From Vicugna vicugna (taxonomy: Eukaryota): a stretch of 64,000 bases of DNA. A program made the position numbers and the translations under genes. This document shows positions 38,430 to 51,315 of this stretch, one piece after another (the stretch's first letter is position 1; each line of letters starts with the position of its first letter). The notes below the pieces were generated by a model. That model was given only the letters and a program-made list of their open reading frames with translations, did no database searches and was not told where the DNA came from. The stretch lies in NCBI GenBank assembly GCA_013265495.1, contig MU058153.1, positions 62,001 through 126,000 on the forward strand, given 5' to 3'.

Positions 38430-39490
38430 TTACGTATTCATTTTAGTTACTTCACTGAGTATCTACTATGTGTCACACTTTATATGAAAGTTCTCTAATT
38501 TACCTGATAGCCTATATATAAAGTAGGTGCCATTTTTTCATTGTAAAGATGGAAATTTTTTATTTCAAACATTCAGTTAATTTACATGGCTTACATGGCT
38601 TTAAGGTAAAGGGCTATAATTTAAACTTAAGTCTCTCTGCCTCTTTATCAAGTGCAGGAAAAAAGAAGAGAAGCCAAGTTAGAAACAAAAGGTTACAGCC
38701 GCGTGTCGTCCAGTGATACATGCTAGAAGCATGGGCTGCCAAGTGCTTCCTGTCTGAGATTAATGCTCCACAGTGAGTTAAGAATCTTGTTCGAAATGTA
38801 AATGAGTTAAACTACTAAGCAGAGTGTTAAAGTTCTACTAATGATCTTCATAGAAAAACTTTCTTGAAGAAAGCAGTGAACTACTGTTTTCTTTAACACT
38901 GTTGCAAGCTCCTTATATCATCATAAAATAGTAACAAAGAACTGGGCAGGTGGAGTAGCACTGTCTTACACCCTCTGGCTTCATAGCACTGAATGACTTT
39001 CTGGACCTCAGCTTCCTCGACTGAAAATAAAGACAGCTGAATAAAAATAATTTGAACATCTTTTCCTGATCATTTAATGATGATTAATTATTTAGGAATA
39101 AACATACATAACAGGGACAAGATGAGGTAAGCATATTAATAAATGCCTTTCATATTTCACATTAAGGCATAAAGTATCTGATAATATATTAAATATTTCT
39201 TACAGGTATTTGAAGCATTGAAAGGCTGAATCTCTAGATAGCATAGTGTTTAAACACACAGGCTCTGTTGCCAGATTAGCCTCAGTTCACATTCTGTTTT
39301 CCATTTACTGCCTGTGTCATTTTAAGCAATTTATTTAATCTCTGAGTTTTGGTTTAAATTATTTAAGAAATGGAATATTAATACCCAGGTCACAGAATTT
39401 TTATGACTATGAAATGAGTCCATGAATATAAGAGATTAGCTCAGTATCTGTTATGGTTAACTGATTAACAAATGATATTCATTGTTAAAT
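38430..39490. mobile_element. Three MIR/MIR3 fragments (~38430-38640 minus, ~38950-39070 plus, ~39240-39490 plus)
   Basis: MIR core motifs 'ctctggacctcagcttcctc'-like and 'ttaagcaatttatttaatctctgag'. Confidence 0.6.
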
Positions 39491-39862
39491 AAACCATCTG
39501 CAGGTGCATTCTTCTGAAATCACGTAGCCCTTTTACATTGCTTATCTGATATTGCTCATATATCCTCACTTTGTATATTACTTATTTGGTTAGTTTATTC
39601 CCATAGTTACCTTATAAAGTCCTTCAGAGAAGATAGCATGTCTTAGGGAAAAAATATACAAATAGTTCATGTACAATCATTATGATCGAATAAACAGATA
39701 AATTAATTAACGCCTTAAATTTATACCAGATACTAAGTTCTGCTGAGCTACGCAATACCATCATTTTCAAGGTAATTACTTATCACGTAAGCACAGCACA
39801 GAGCCTTGGAGAATAATGTGAATGCTGGATACAAAAACCTCATTTAAAAGTTCTTTTCTTCC

Positions 39863-40231
39863 TGTATTAGTTCTCTAGGGCTGCCAGAATGAAATATCAT
39901 AGACAGGGTGAGTTAAACAGCAGAAGTGTATTTTCTCACAGTTCCGGAGGCGAGAAGTCTGAGATCAGGGTGCTGGCAGGTTTGCTTTCTTCTGGAGCCT
40001 TTCCTTTTGGTTTGCAGATGGCTGCCTTCTCCCTGTGTCTTGCCTCTGTGCCTGAGTGCTCTCTGTGTGTCCAGATCTCCTCAGATTAGATTGGGGCCCG
40101 CCCTGACAGCCTCCTTTTAATGTAACTGCTTCTTTAAAGACATTATCTCCAAATACAGTGACATTCTAAGGTCCTGGGGTTAGGAGTGCAACATATGAAT
40201 GGGGGCAGGGGGTACAAATCAACCCAGAACA
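39863..40231 (-). mobile_element. MLT1A-like MaLR solo LTR
   Basis: 'tgtattagttctctagggctgcc...ttaaacagcagaagtgtattttctcacagttccggagg...tctccaaatacagtgacattct...aacccagaaca'. Confidence 0.85.
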
Positions 40232-41095
40232 CTGTGTCCTTTCCCTCTTTGTCCTGAATAACTTGTTAATTAATTGCAGAGACTTGAGAGAGTAACTTGC
40301 TGACCATCTCTCTCGGTTGTGTACTTGTGTGTGTATCTGTGCAGTTGAGCATTCTTAAAACAGACACCTAAGCACCCTGTGGATGTGGGACATTCCAAAT
40401 GGAAAAGCGAGAAAAATACACAAGACTGTTGTGCTTGCATGAAGTCACTAGTGTATTTCTTCAGACTTCTGGCAAGCTACATACATGATTTAGGAAAGGG
40501 ATTTGCGCTGAAGGTACTATAAAAACAGTCTTCTCTGGGGGATATTTAAAAACTTCAGGATGTTATGCATTTTACACTTGAAAACTTATGTCAGGAAATT
40601 TTGCTTCTCTCCAAGGACAAAATCTCAAGTGATAGTTGACGTTTGGTTACCTTTAATCCTTTTTTTATTTTTATTTTTTTCCTTTTTGCCTTGAGGTGGA
40701 CTGTGTTTCCAGCTGACAGACCTTTATGTCTCTTCTTTGGAATTACATTTCACACAACCCCCTGAATCACCTCAGAAAATTACCACGATTAATCAATGAA
40801 GACCAGAGAAATGAAAGAATAACCACCTGTCTGTAGTCAGTTTCCTTTGATGCAGTACATACACAAGTGAGCTAGAGATTCATGAGTTTGAAAGCTAAAC
40901 TCGATTAGAAGCTGAACTTTTTTTACATAAGGAGCTGTTTCATCTTTATGTTTAGAGCTCTGCTCAACAGAAATTTGTTCAAGGTATATGGCAAAAGAAC
41001 TAATTAGAATTAATAATGGCACGATAAAAAATTATTTTTAGAGAGACTTGCAGTATTAGTATAGACACACTATTTTATGGAGTTTTTAATGAGTG

Positions 41096-41746
41096 TGTTA
41101 CTGAACCAGACTTGGGTCTGTTGGCCCCTGTGCAGTAAAGCCAAGCCACTGACCCTGGGCTGTGGTGAAGGAAAGTGCAGCATTTATTGTACGGTGCCAA
41201 ACAAGTAGTCTGGGGAAGCTAATGCTTAAAAAAACTCCTAATGGGCTGCAGGGAAGCAGTTTTTAAAGGCAAGCTGAGGGAGAGGAGTCTCAGGGTGTGT
41301 GATCAGCTTGTGCACAGTTCTCAGGCAGTGAGGTAACAGGGCGATGTCACAGGGTTAACATTGTCGATTTTCAGGCACATGGGGATGATGTGCTCATGGT
41401 CATCAAGCAGTTGCCTTCTTTCCTTTGGTGGAAGTTCTAGCGTCTATGAAACAACTCGGGACGTGTGCATCAGGTACTGTTATTTAGGTCCTTCTGGGAG
41501 GAACTAAAGACTCTGTGACTGCCATGTGGCTGATCTACTGTTTAAATTGTTACAAGCTTTCCCGGCCCCACTGCTACATCGGTCACTACATGTTCACATC
41601 TTTTGCATCGTTAATTCTTGAGCCAGACTTTTGTGACTCAGGAGAGGCCTGGGAGATTACAGCTTTTCTACCGAGAAGAGGCAGACAGAGGACAGGAAGG
41701 GAGGGGTCTGTCCCGGGAAGGCCCCATAGGGTCCTGCTTGGTTACA
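41096..41746 (-). mobile_element. ERV1-class solo LTR with perfect 4-bp TSD
   Basis: TGTTAC...GTTACA ends, AGTG at 41092-41095 and 41747-41750, antisense AATAAA (tttatt) near 41183. Confidence 0.85.
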
Positions 41747-41769
41747 AGTGGAAGTTTTGAGTAGCGTTT

Positions 41770-42351
41770 TGAAGGATACCAGAATATGCCACCCCAAAAT
41801 ATGCCTCCTTGGCCTATGGATTATTTTGAACTAAAGGCCATTGAGAACCAGCAGAAGCAAGAAGAGCTCTAAAAACAAGGCACATTTTTGTTTTTTTTCC
41901 TTTTGTAAAGGAAATCTACGTAGGAGATTTACATTTTAAAAAGAAATTTACATTTGTAAAGCTGTCTCCCTTTCTCATACCAAGAAGAAGGTTCTTAATA
42001 ACTCTTACCGGTGGAGAAGGCACCAGTTTAAATCTGCATGGCAAATCTTACCAAACAAACCTCATTTATCATACTTTTCCTGATCACCTTCCCGTCATTT
42101 TCTCCCCTTCCCAGAAGCTGAAACCTTCTTCCCTTTGTTTAACCTAAGGCAGTAGGTATATAAGCCCCAATTCGAACCACCCTTTTGAGTTACTCATTTC
42201 TGGGTGCTCCCATGTGTACACACTCAATGTACATGTTAATAAACTTCTGTCCGTCTTTCTCTTGTTAATTTTTCACCAGTCTAATTCACAGCATCACAGC
42301 TGGAGAATCTAAGACAAGTGGAGGGAAAAAAATTCTTTTCCTCCCTTAACA
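41770..42351 (+). mobile_element. MER34/MER39-like ERV1 solo LTR
   Basis: 'tgaaggataccagaatatgccaccccaaaatatgcc...', TATA-like 'tatataag' ~42158, AATAAA ~42238, ends 'ttcctcccttaaca'. Confidence 0.8.
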
Positions 42352-42959
42352 ATATTATAACCATCTCAGTAACAGAAGTTCAACTGCTGGTGATTAGGGA
42401 TTTTAGCAAATGAAAATAAAAGAACTGCTCACTTCCAAAATGTTCAAACATATTTTTCATCCCAATAAATAAGGACTTTGTGAGAGTTATACTTAAAAGT
42501 CCCTTTCTAAATTTCCTAGAATAACTGGGAAAGCAATCAGCAATCACAGGAGAGAAAGAGAGAGATCACCATACCATTGTACATAGGTTAATGGTGTTTC
42601 ATTGTTTACCTATTTGAGGTTGCCTTTTATGATCACTGTTGCCCATCTTTAGATGCCATCTGGTTCCTTCTAGGTTTCTAACAGTAGCAGCTTTATAGAG
42701 CACATATCAGAATTTTATTAAAATACTTAGATGAAATCCAAGGAAGATTTTTTTTTAATGTTTTCACTTCATCAGAGGTTTCCTGATATTACCAAGTTTG
42801 AGTACAGCCGGAACTATAAACCATTTGGCCCCTCATTTGGGTGCAGTGTTCTTCCACGCCTAAGTTTCAAGACTGTGTCCTCCATTAACTCCTTGAATTG
42901 TGATACAATGCAACTCTGTAAAAACACTGAAATAGCAGTTTCTCACCTTTAATTGAGTG

Positions 42960-43075
42960 AGAAACCATTTGGAGAATCCTAAAAAGCTATGAAACTCCTC
43001 TCTAGGAAAATGTATATAGGAATTTACGTGCACGTTTGCACACAAGTTCAGGATTATGACTGATATTCTTTCACT
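42960..43075. mobile_element. MER103-like hAT-Charlie fragment
   Basis: 'tttggagaatcctaaaaagctatgaaactcctctctaggaaaatg...tttgcacacaagttcagg'. Confidence 0.5.
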
Positions 43076-43575
43076 GATTTCAAGGGTTTTTTTTAATTGC
43101 ATCATAATAAATTAATTTGGACATAAGAATTTTCTAGAATGACTCTTAGTCTTGGTTTGTGTAACTCCAAGAGAGCATTTCTGCTTAGTTTTGTTAAATT
43201 TAACAAAAAGTAATTACACTTACCCATAAGAATAGACAAACTAATCTATGTCCTAAGTCTAATACAAAGTATTTTAGTTTGAAGTCATTGATAGAAAAGC
43301 CCTAAATTCAGGTCATCCAGTCTAATGTAATCACGGGTATTTATTGTAAAAATAGTCATGTGAAATACTGAATACTGTCAATATGTACCTCAATAAAAAT
43401 ACATAACTTCCCACTTAGATATTTATATTCTGGTAAATTGTGACCCTTAGGTAAGGCATTAATGGTGACCAGATGATTTTATATTACCATACATCAAATG
43501 CTATTTTATACGGAGAACTGGTTCAGTAACTGGGGAAAGTAAATATGTGTTTGATATGATCTAAGGATTTGTGGG

Positions 43576-44023
43576 TGTTGACTTAAAGATAAAATGCACA
43601 ACATAAGAGTTGTGACTTTGAATTTTATTTAAATTCAAGGACCATAGTTCAGGAGACAGCCACTCAGTAGCTCTGAGGAAATTGCTCCAAAGAGGTAGGG
43701 GAGGAAGCTATTTCATGTATGATCTTCGGGCAGGGAATACATCTTGGTAAAAGATTACCACTAGTCACATAGAACAGATATCTCAGGCTAATTATTTTAA
43801 TGCTTTTCTAGTAGGAAAAGGTGCAAGAATCTGAGTTCATTAAAATTCTTCCTGAGATACACGTCTAACTGTCTATGGGGCCCGTTTTTCCAGTGCACAG
43901 AGTGCTCCATCCTGGTTTTCATCCTGAGTCCCTCTCGGGGTGCACTGTTAGGTCAGCAACTGCGCGGGTTCTAGTTGTTATAGATCCGGGTGGTGAGCTG
44001 CACTCTGTTCTTCTTTGTTTACA
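43576..44023 (-). mobile_element. ERV1-class solo LTR (lineage-restricted type)
   Basis: TGTTG...TTACA ends, flanks tggg/tgga, 'gtagctctgaggaaattgctccaaagagg'. Confidence 0.7.
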
Positions 44024-44129
44024 TGGATATTATAATCAAGGTAAAATCAACACAGAAATCAAGTAGGGAATAATTATGTATATCGTGTTGTGGAGTAGCT
44101 AGAAAAATCTTTTCAAAAAAGAAAGTCTT

Positions 44130-44420
44130 AAAGACATAGAAAACAAGCTGTGGTTACCAAAGGGGAAGGGGGAGAGGGATAAATTAGGAGTTTGAGATTA
44201 ACATATACATACTACCACATATAAAATAGATAACAAGGACCTACTGTACAGCACAGGGAACTATATTCACTATCTTATAATAACCTATAATGGAAAAGAG
44301 TCTGAAAAAGAACATATATATCTATATATCTATATCTATATAGATAGATAGATAGATAACTGAATCACTTTGCTGTATACCTGAAACTAACCTGTAACAC
44401 TAACACAGCATTGTAATAAA
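44130..44420 (+). mobile_element. Artiodactyl-type L1 3' end with TATC/GATA microsatellite
   Basis: 'gtggttaccaaaggggaagg...gggataaattaggagtttgagattaaca...caaggacctactgtacagcacagggaactatattca...aactgaatcactttgctgtatacctgaaactaac'. Confidence 0.85.
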
Positions 44421-44465
44421 TATTTTCAGTCACAACTAAATCTTGATTAAAAACAACTGTCTGCT

Positions 44466-44843
44466 CATATCAGTCTGCTCACACTGCCATAATTAAGTAC
44501 CGCAGACTCAGTGGCTTAAACAATGGGAATTTATTTTCTCATAGGTCCAGAGAATAGAAGTCCAAGACCAAAGTGCCAGCAGTGCTGGTTTTGGTGAGGA
44601 CCCTCCACTGGGGTTTAGACCACCACCATCTTGCTGTCCACTCACCTCTTTGCGCACAGATGGAGAGAGAGCTTTGATGTCCCTTCTGATGAGGACACTA
44701 ATCATATCAGGTCAGGTCTCCACCCTTATGACCTCATTGAACCTTAATTACTTTCTTAGACGTCCCATCTCCAAATACAGCCACCCTGTGATTTAGGGCT
44801 TCAAGGTATGAGTTTTGGGGACACAGAAGCTTAGTCCATAACA
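44466..44843 (-). mobile_element. MLT1A-like MaLR solo LTR
   Basis: 'gtggcttaaacaatgggaatttattttctca...cccttatgacctcattgaacc...catctccaaatacagccacc...agtccataaca'. Confidence 0.85.
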
Positions 44844-44849
44844 CTACTT

Positions 44850-46650
44850 TTAAGCAAATAAAACTGAAAGAAGTAAGAGAGAGCTGAAGAGATAGAAAAT
44901 GTACAACACTTTTCAAAGGTGTAAAGAGTAATAAATATGTCAAACTTTTGTTTCTCCAAATGTGGGGAAACAAAATGCAAATTGGAGAGAGGGAATGTTT
45001 GAATAATGCTTGAGAATACCCCTGAATTTTTTTTTAAAGTAGCACCTCAAATTTGAGCAGTCTCAAAGAAATGTCATTCAGACTAGATTAAGAATACACC
45101 ATCAAATAAGAACACAAATACATAAATTAGAGTGAAAACTAAAAACATCAAAAATAAGTGAAGATTTTGGGGGAAAAAAAACTCCAGAAAAGAGCAGTAG
45201 ATTATATACCGAGACACAGGAATCAGGTTAACATCAGCATTTATCATCAACCACATGGCTGCAAGAAGACAGGGAAGTAGAAATTTTAAATTATCAAAAA
45301 AAAAAAAAAAAAAAAAAGAAGAAGAAGAACTAAGAAATTTGGGCATAGAATTATATATCAACCTAAATTATTGTTTGAATGTGAAAGTGAAATAAAGATA
45401 GTGTCAAAATTTATAAGGCCTGCAGGGCTCACTGTCAGGGGCGGTGGTGGTGGATTGATGGTGGCAACATCCTTTGTTTACTGGTATGACAGGCAGCATT
45501 TTTTATTCACACATTTATAGTAATAACAATATACTCATCTAACCTATATGACAATAACTAATGATACTGGGATGGAGGCAAGAAATGGAAAAATCAACTT
45601 TTTAGTAAAAGCCTTTCTAGCACAGTTCTGTCAGAAACTGATAAAGCAGAGAGAAAATAAAGTCCAGACTGTTTGAATATCGTGATTAATAAAATTTCCC
45701 TCTCTCTTTACCAAATAGTCGGCAAATGCTCTCTTAAAGCATGGAACAGAATCAATACAGTAACACTCTGATCTCTGACTACAGTGAAATAAAACTTGAA
45801 ATGAAGAGAAAAGGAAATAGTTTACAAAAACTATGTAGCTGGAAATGCTAAAAATCTACAATGAAGTAACCTTTGGATTAAGAAAGAAATCATAAAGAAA
45901 ATATAAAATATTTAGAACAGAAAAGAATTTAAAATAGTAATTGACAGTGTTCCACTTAATTAGCAAACAAAGAAGTATAAAAGCACAACAACAAGATATG
46001 TCTATGCTTCTATAACAGGTCAAACTTAGAAAATTATGTTAGCAAGAAGGTAGGTAAGTGAAAGAGTATAAATTGGTACAAAAATTCTGGAGATCAATTG
46101 GGTGGAACTTAATATGCCCAGTGACGTTGAAACTGCTGTCTCTGGATATATAGCCACTCCTGTCATACAGATTGCAAATAAAATGTAGAAGCTTGGTGTT
46201 TTTTGTTTTGCTTTGTTTTGTTTTTTTAATGCTAGGAACCTTAGATATTCTTCATAAATGGGAAAGTAAAACGGGATGGGTACATGTCATAAGGTACTAA
46301 ATCATAGTCATGATTAGACCTGCAGTAAGCAAAGTGTATATATCTTTAAAACACGGGATACATAGCACATTTTTATATAAATCAAAAATACATACATGAA
46401 TGAGATAATAATTAATATTGTAAAAGACATCTATTAAGCATATTATAATAAATGCTCATGGATAGGGGGAGGAATGACATAAAAGAAGAAGGTAAAATAG
46501 AGCAGAATAAAACAAGGAAGGGGATTTTACAAGGAGCAATGATGATAATTTGCCATAAACTGATCAATAGAATTAATTCAGCTCCCTAAATCTTAGGTCT
46601 AAGAATTTTAAAAAATAAAATTATAAGTGAAAAATAAATTTTAGAAGAAT
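44850..46650 (+). mobile_element. Degraded old L1 (L1ME/L1M5-like) fragments with poly(A) run at 45296-45317 and an LTR fragment at ~45420-45512
   Basis: A-rich L1-like motifs ('ctctgactacagtgaaataaaacttgaaat', 'gtataaattggtacaaaaattctggag'). Confidence 0.55.
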
Positions 46651-47204
46651 TAAATCTGGTTTCTGAGACCAAAAAAAATTTGAAGATTAATAAAATAATG
46701 AACTGAGCTAAAGAAGTGGAAAAACAGATATCTGGGAAATTACTCATCACTTTAAAGTTTTGCCTTAGATTTGCCTCAGGCAGTGAATTTTGGTAAACAG
46801 GGAAGAACTGAGGTTTTTAGAATAGAAAGATAATAAGCAAATGGAAAATATATCCAAAATTATAGTTTATTTGAACACAAAGAATATGTAATTAGGTAGA
46901 TATATAAAATTTTATGCCTTTCTCCAGTACAAGTCTACAGCCCTATGACAGGAGCAGAAAAACAGGCAGATGAGAAAATTCAGAGACATAGATAAGATTT
47001 ATAAAATACTCGGAGGGTAAAATTTTCTTAGTTCTAGAGAGATAAGCCATGGGTGAGAAGGAAGACTGGTATTGCAAAAAGTAGATTAAAAGTGGTAAAG
47101 TTATGGGGAGGGGGAAGAAATGAGACAAAGATTTGGTAATACTTCCAATAAAACAGGTTTAAAATATCTTTCAGAAAATTATTTTAAAATATTAAATATT
47201 GTGA

Positions 47205-47650
47205 GTGATTTGTGATTATAGTTGTCAGGTTTTCCTAAGTTGTGCGGTAGTAGCAATTTCAAAATCTCATTGACTTACAAAAACAGCAATCTGTTTCTCA
47301 TTCTTGTAACAATGATGCTGGCTCCAGGTCAACTGTTGCTCTTCTCTATTGCATATATTGTCTTTCTTCCAAGATCCAGGCTGAAGAAGGAGCCCCTATT
47401 TGAGACATGAATTTTTTGTGCTCGAGGGAAAGAGCAAGATGGCTTGCCCTTAAATCTTCAATGGTTCTTAAAGCTTGTGCTCAGTCATGCCTATGTTACA
47501 TCCAATCACATCCTATTGCCAAAGTAAGTCACATAGATCAAGTCACATCAGTAGTAGAGGGGGAATGTATATTCCTCCCAGTGGAGAGCCAATAAATCTC
47601 ACGGCAGCAGGGAAAAATTCTTCAAGCTCAGAGTCCTCTCTTACAAAGAA
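47205..47650 (-). mobile_element. Old MLT1-like LTR
   Basis: 'aaaatctcattgacttacaaaaacagc...tttctcattc', 'tcacatcctattgccaaagtaagtcacatag'. Confidence 0.6.
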
Positions 47651-50600
47651 AGGGTGGGAAGGAAAAGCAAGACTCTTGATTCAACTTTTATTAAAAAGTA
47701 GGCTCTCTCCTCAGTGTCTGTAGGGATGTCCACCTGTCAATTATGAACCCTTGCTCCTTCACTCTCCAGGAACCTATTAGAAGCTAGGAGTGACAGCAGC
47801 CCAAGTAGCAGCATATTGGTACATTCATAAATTATTTATGAATGAATAAAGCCAAACAGAGGAAACAAAGAGGTAGGAGGTAAGGGGGGATGAATGGTTA
47901 CTGCAAAGCTATAGAAATAGAGGAGTCAGGCACGCTGTTTCCTGGTGGCTCTCTCAGCGCCGTCAAGCAGGACACTAGCCTCATGGAATCATGAAGGATT
48001 TTCCCTCAGCTCCAGCAGTTGATAGGACCTGACATTTTTTTCAACTTATAGTTGGTGTAGAGAGCATTATGAGTCACTAAGACTTTTCACTTTGTCTTAA
48101 TGCTATGATGATAACACTACTATTGACAACAATAAAGTAATTACTATTGATGCAGCATCTCACTATTATGTAAATGCTCTCCTATAGTCTAGTTTTTTTC
48201 TCAAACCAATTCAATACGCTGGGGCTGCTGGTTGTTCTCATTTTGCTCTCCTGCACCGTCCGTCCTTCCCCTTTCTATGTCCTGTTTTGCGTCCTGAGTC
48301 GGGTGAGAGTGTCTGATCTAGAAAGCCTGTTTTACTTGGAATCCGTGGTCTCTGGTTTATAGGTGGGTTTTGCTAAGGAGATAGTAGCTAAGAGGGGAGA
48401 AAAAGAGGGAGATCACATGATCATGGAAAAAAGCTTGATCTTTATCAAGGGGAATTTTTTTTTTTAATTCTAAGGACATCATAAGAAGTAGGCAGGGTAC
48501 TTTTCATACATCAAAGGGCCTGCCTGTAAAAGAGGAGTTATAATCCAACCCCCTCTTTCAACCAAATGGGGAAATAATTATTGGAATAAATAGACACAAA
48601 GGATTCTTCTTTCTCTGCTCCTCAGAGGTTATGCATTCTTTACTGGGAATGAAAGACATCTAAGCAAGTAGTTTATGAAGGGTCGAATGATAAAATCTCC
48701 ATTCCCAGTTGCTTTGGGTGAGAATTTCCTCTACGTCCTTGCTATGCTGTCCCCATCACTGTCATCATCAATGCCATCGATGAATGTTGTGCTATAAAGG
48801 AATGTTGTGAATTGTTCGCGTTTACTGCAACATGAAAACTTGTAAATCTGAAGCCTCCACATGTAGGGGATATTCACAGTAGTTCTCCATGACTCTTTGG
48901 CTATATAAAACATTGACACGGCAACCCAAACCTCGACATACCTGAGCCCCTATTTAGCCATCTCAGATGCCTTTGTCACACACAAAAAGGGGGGACCTGT
49001 TCAGGTCAGCCAAAGTCTACCCAGATCATTGTTTGACTTTATCCTAAATTAATATTCGAATGGAGCCCTTGTTGTGGAATTTGCAACAACTCATTGGAGG
49101 AGTGGGGGAGGAGAGATATGTAGGACAGCCTTCTTCTCTTTCATACCAACCAAAGCACTGCAAAATAACTTCGCTCCCTCAGACTGCTTACTCTGCATAA
49201 TTAACTCTGCTCTAGGAATAGCTGTTTTATAACTGTCGCAAATCAAAGTACTGTGCCACTGAAATATTCACTTGCCAGGAGATCGTGACATCTCATCCTT
49301 TAAATGAGTGATGTTTAAAAACAGCCTTTTCTCCTCTTCTTTTTGAAAGATTGTTTCATTGAACGGACATTCCCTTGAGTTGTATAGAGGGAAATGCCAG
49401 TTGAATCAGCAGCACTCGTACAAAGCGTAACTCCTATCACTCTGCTCCCAGGAGCTTTGGAATTTGCATGGCTTAGCAGACTGGAGGCTGTAATGACAGA
49501 ACTCAGAGCGGGTTGACAGCACTGGAATGTCTAAGGATGTACTATGCTCATAGTCTTCACTTTTCAGAATTCACCTCTTAAGAGGCAGATAGTGCTTTTG
49601 AGGATGAGGCTAATAGTCCCTAATTCCTTGGGTGTTCATTGTGAAAAGCTATTACCCATGCTAAGGTAATTTGCTATAAAACGGATATAATACACAATGC
49701 TGTCAAAATTTCCACTGTAATGCAGCCTTCATAAATGTCTATTACCTTTTCAGCAGCTCCTGATTCCATAGTTTGAATTAACCTTTTTGAAGATGAGTGA
49801 ACATTATTCTGCACAGCACAGCAGTATAAAGCTGCCAATGGAGTCGGGGCTGAGGGAGCACTAGGTAATCACATAGACCATGCCTTCATCACATGGGCAC
49901 ATGGTACCTTCCCAGACAGTGTGAGTCACACAGGGTATGTCTCTTAATTATTAGAAACTCAATGGCGGAATAAAACATATGCCCCTAAAAACTTGCTCAT
50001 TCAATTTACTTCAATTTACTGCTATCATTAATATGTTGAGTGTATCTAGTTAGATGTTGCTGCTCTTTATGCCTCTGATGAAAGTAGAATCATTTTGTCC
50101 CATCAATTATAATCAGGAGTTATAATCAGGAATTAAGAAATTTTCTGTGCTTGAGATGCAAGATCAAGTTAATGGCAAATGAATGTTAAGAAATTTGAGG
50201 GATTTTAACATAGGGATTTGGAAGAGAAGGATTAATCTTGGAATAAAAGCAATATTGAAATGCAGATAATTAAAATCTTTTCTTTGAATTTGCAAATAGA
50301 TTTGAGAAAGATGAGCCCCATGATTAAAAGCAGTAAATCTGGGCAAATGGCTTTTTTCCTTTTTTTTTTTTTGCTCAAATCTCATTCTTCATGTTCATTT
50401 GCACAGTTGACTTTTGTTCTTTTTATGCAAGAGCCCGTGTCTCATCCCCCTTACTGGACTATGAATTTAAGGTGAGAAAGTGTCACTCACCTCTGTAGTC
50501 CCTCCAGTACCTAACATGCTGTTTTGCCCAGAGTAAGTGTTTACAACCTCTTTGTTGAATGAGACTCTGATTTAAGCGGCGGTGATTTGTATTGGTTCAA

Positions 50601-51179
50601 TACAATCTACAGTCTTAAAACAAGCAAGTAAACATTTGCTGAACTTCTTAAACACATTCCCTACTCCATATAAGGCCTCTTCTAATTTCTTTAAGGTATA
50701 TTTTCACCAGTGTTAGAATTATTGCCCATATTAGGTGGCTCAGGTTATTCTTGGCCTTATAATTATCATTCAAAGAAGGCTGCATAAAACTTGTGCCAAG
50801 CTTGCAAAAGCTGGTTAATAAACCAGATGAAGCTTTACACACATCAATCCAACGTACCAGTATTATCCAATGTTCAATATGCAGAATATACTCCTTACAT
50901 CCCATTTTTTGGAAAAAATAATTCTATGCCTGCAAAGCAAGGCAAATTGAACTGCTAAATTTGCAAATATTTGCTTGGCACTGACATTAGATTTACTTAA
51001 TGCCACGATTTAAACATATTTTATTTTAGGAGAGTCTCAACATAAAAATAGTGAGAGAGTTTGGCCTGCTTAAATAAAATGAGAAATAAATAAACAGAGC
51101 AATGAATAATAGGAAGAAATATGACATAAATAATGTTAAGCTGTAAAGTAATTGTAAAAGTTTATAGTTATTGGGCTGA

Positions 51180-51315
51180 ATCTAATATGATATTAATTTT
51201 CAACTGGCATTTCAAACGCTGTCCTAATTAATCAACTGGTAATTGCAGCTATGATTACCAGCTGTGATTGTGATTAATTGCCAATTTTGATTGATCCTCC
51301 AATAATTCTGGCATG
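51180..51315. promoter_or_regulatory. Putative enhancer-like element: dense homeodomain/PBX/E-box/NFI motifs in a palindromic arrangement
   Basis: CTAATTAA 51224, CAGCTG 51259, TGATTAATTG 51271, TGATTGAT 51288, TGGCA/TGCCA half sites. Function is inferred only. Confidence 0.35.

Noticed and set aside
39127..39205. 79-nt intron-like segment (GAG|GTAAGC...TTTCTTACAG|G)
   Set aside because: Flanks give only a short stop-bounded peptide and sit between MIR fragments; probably a chance pairing.
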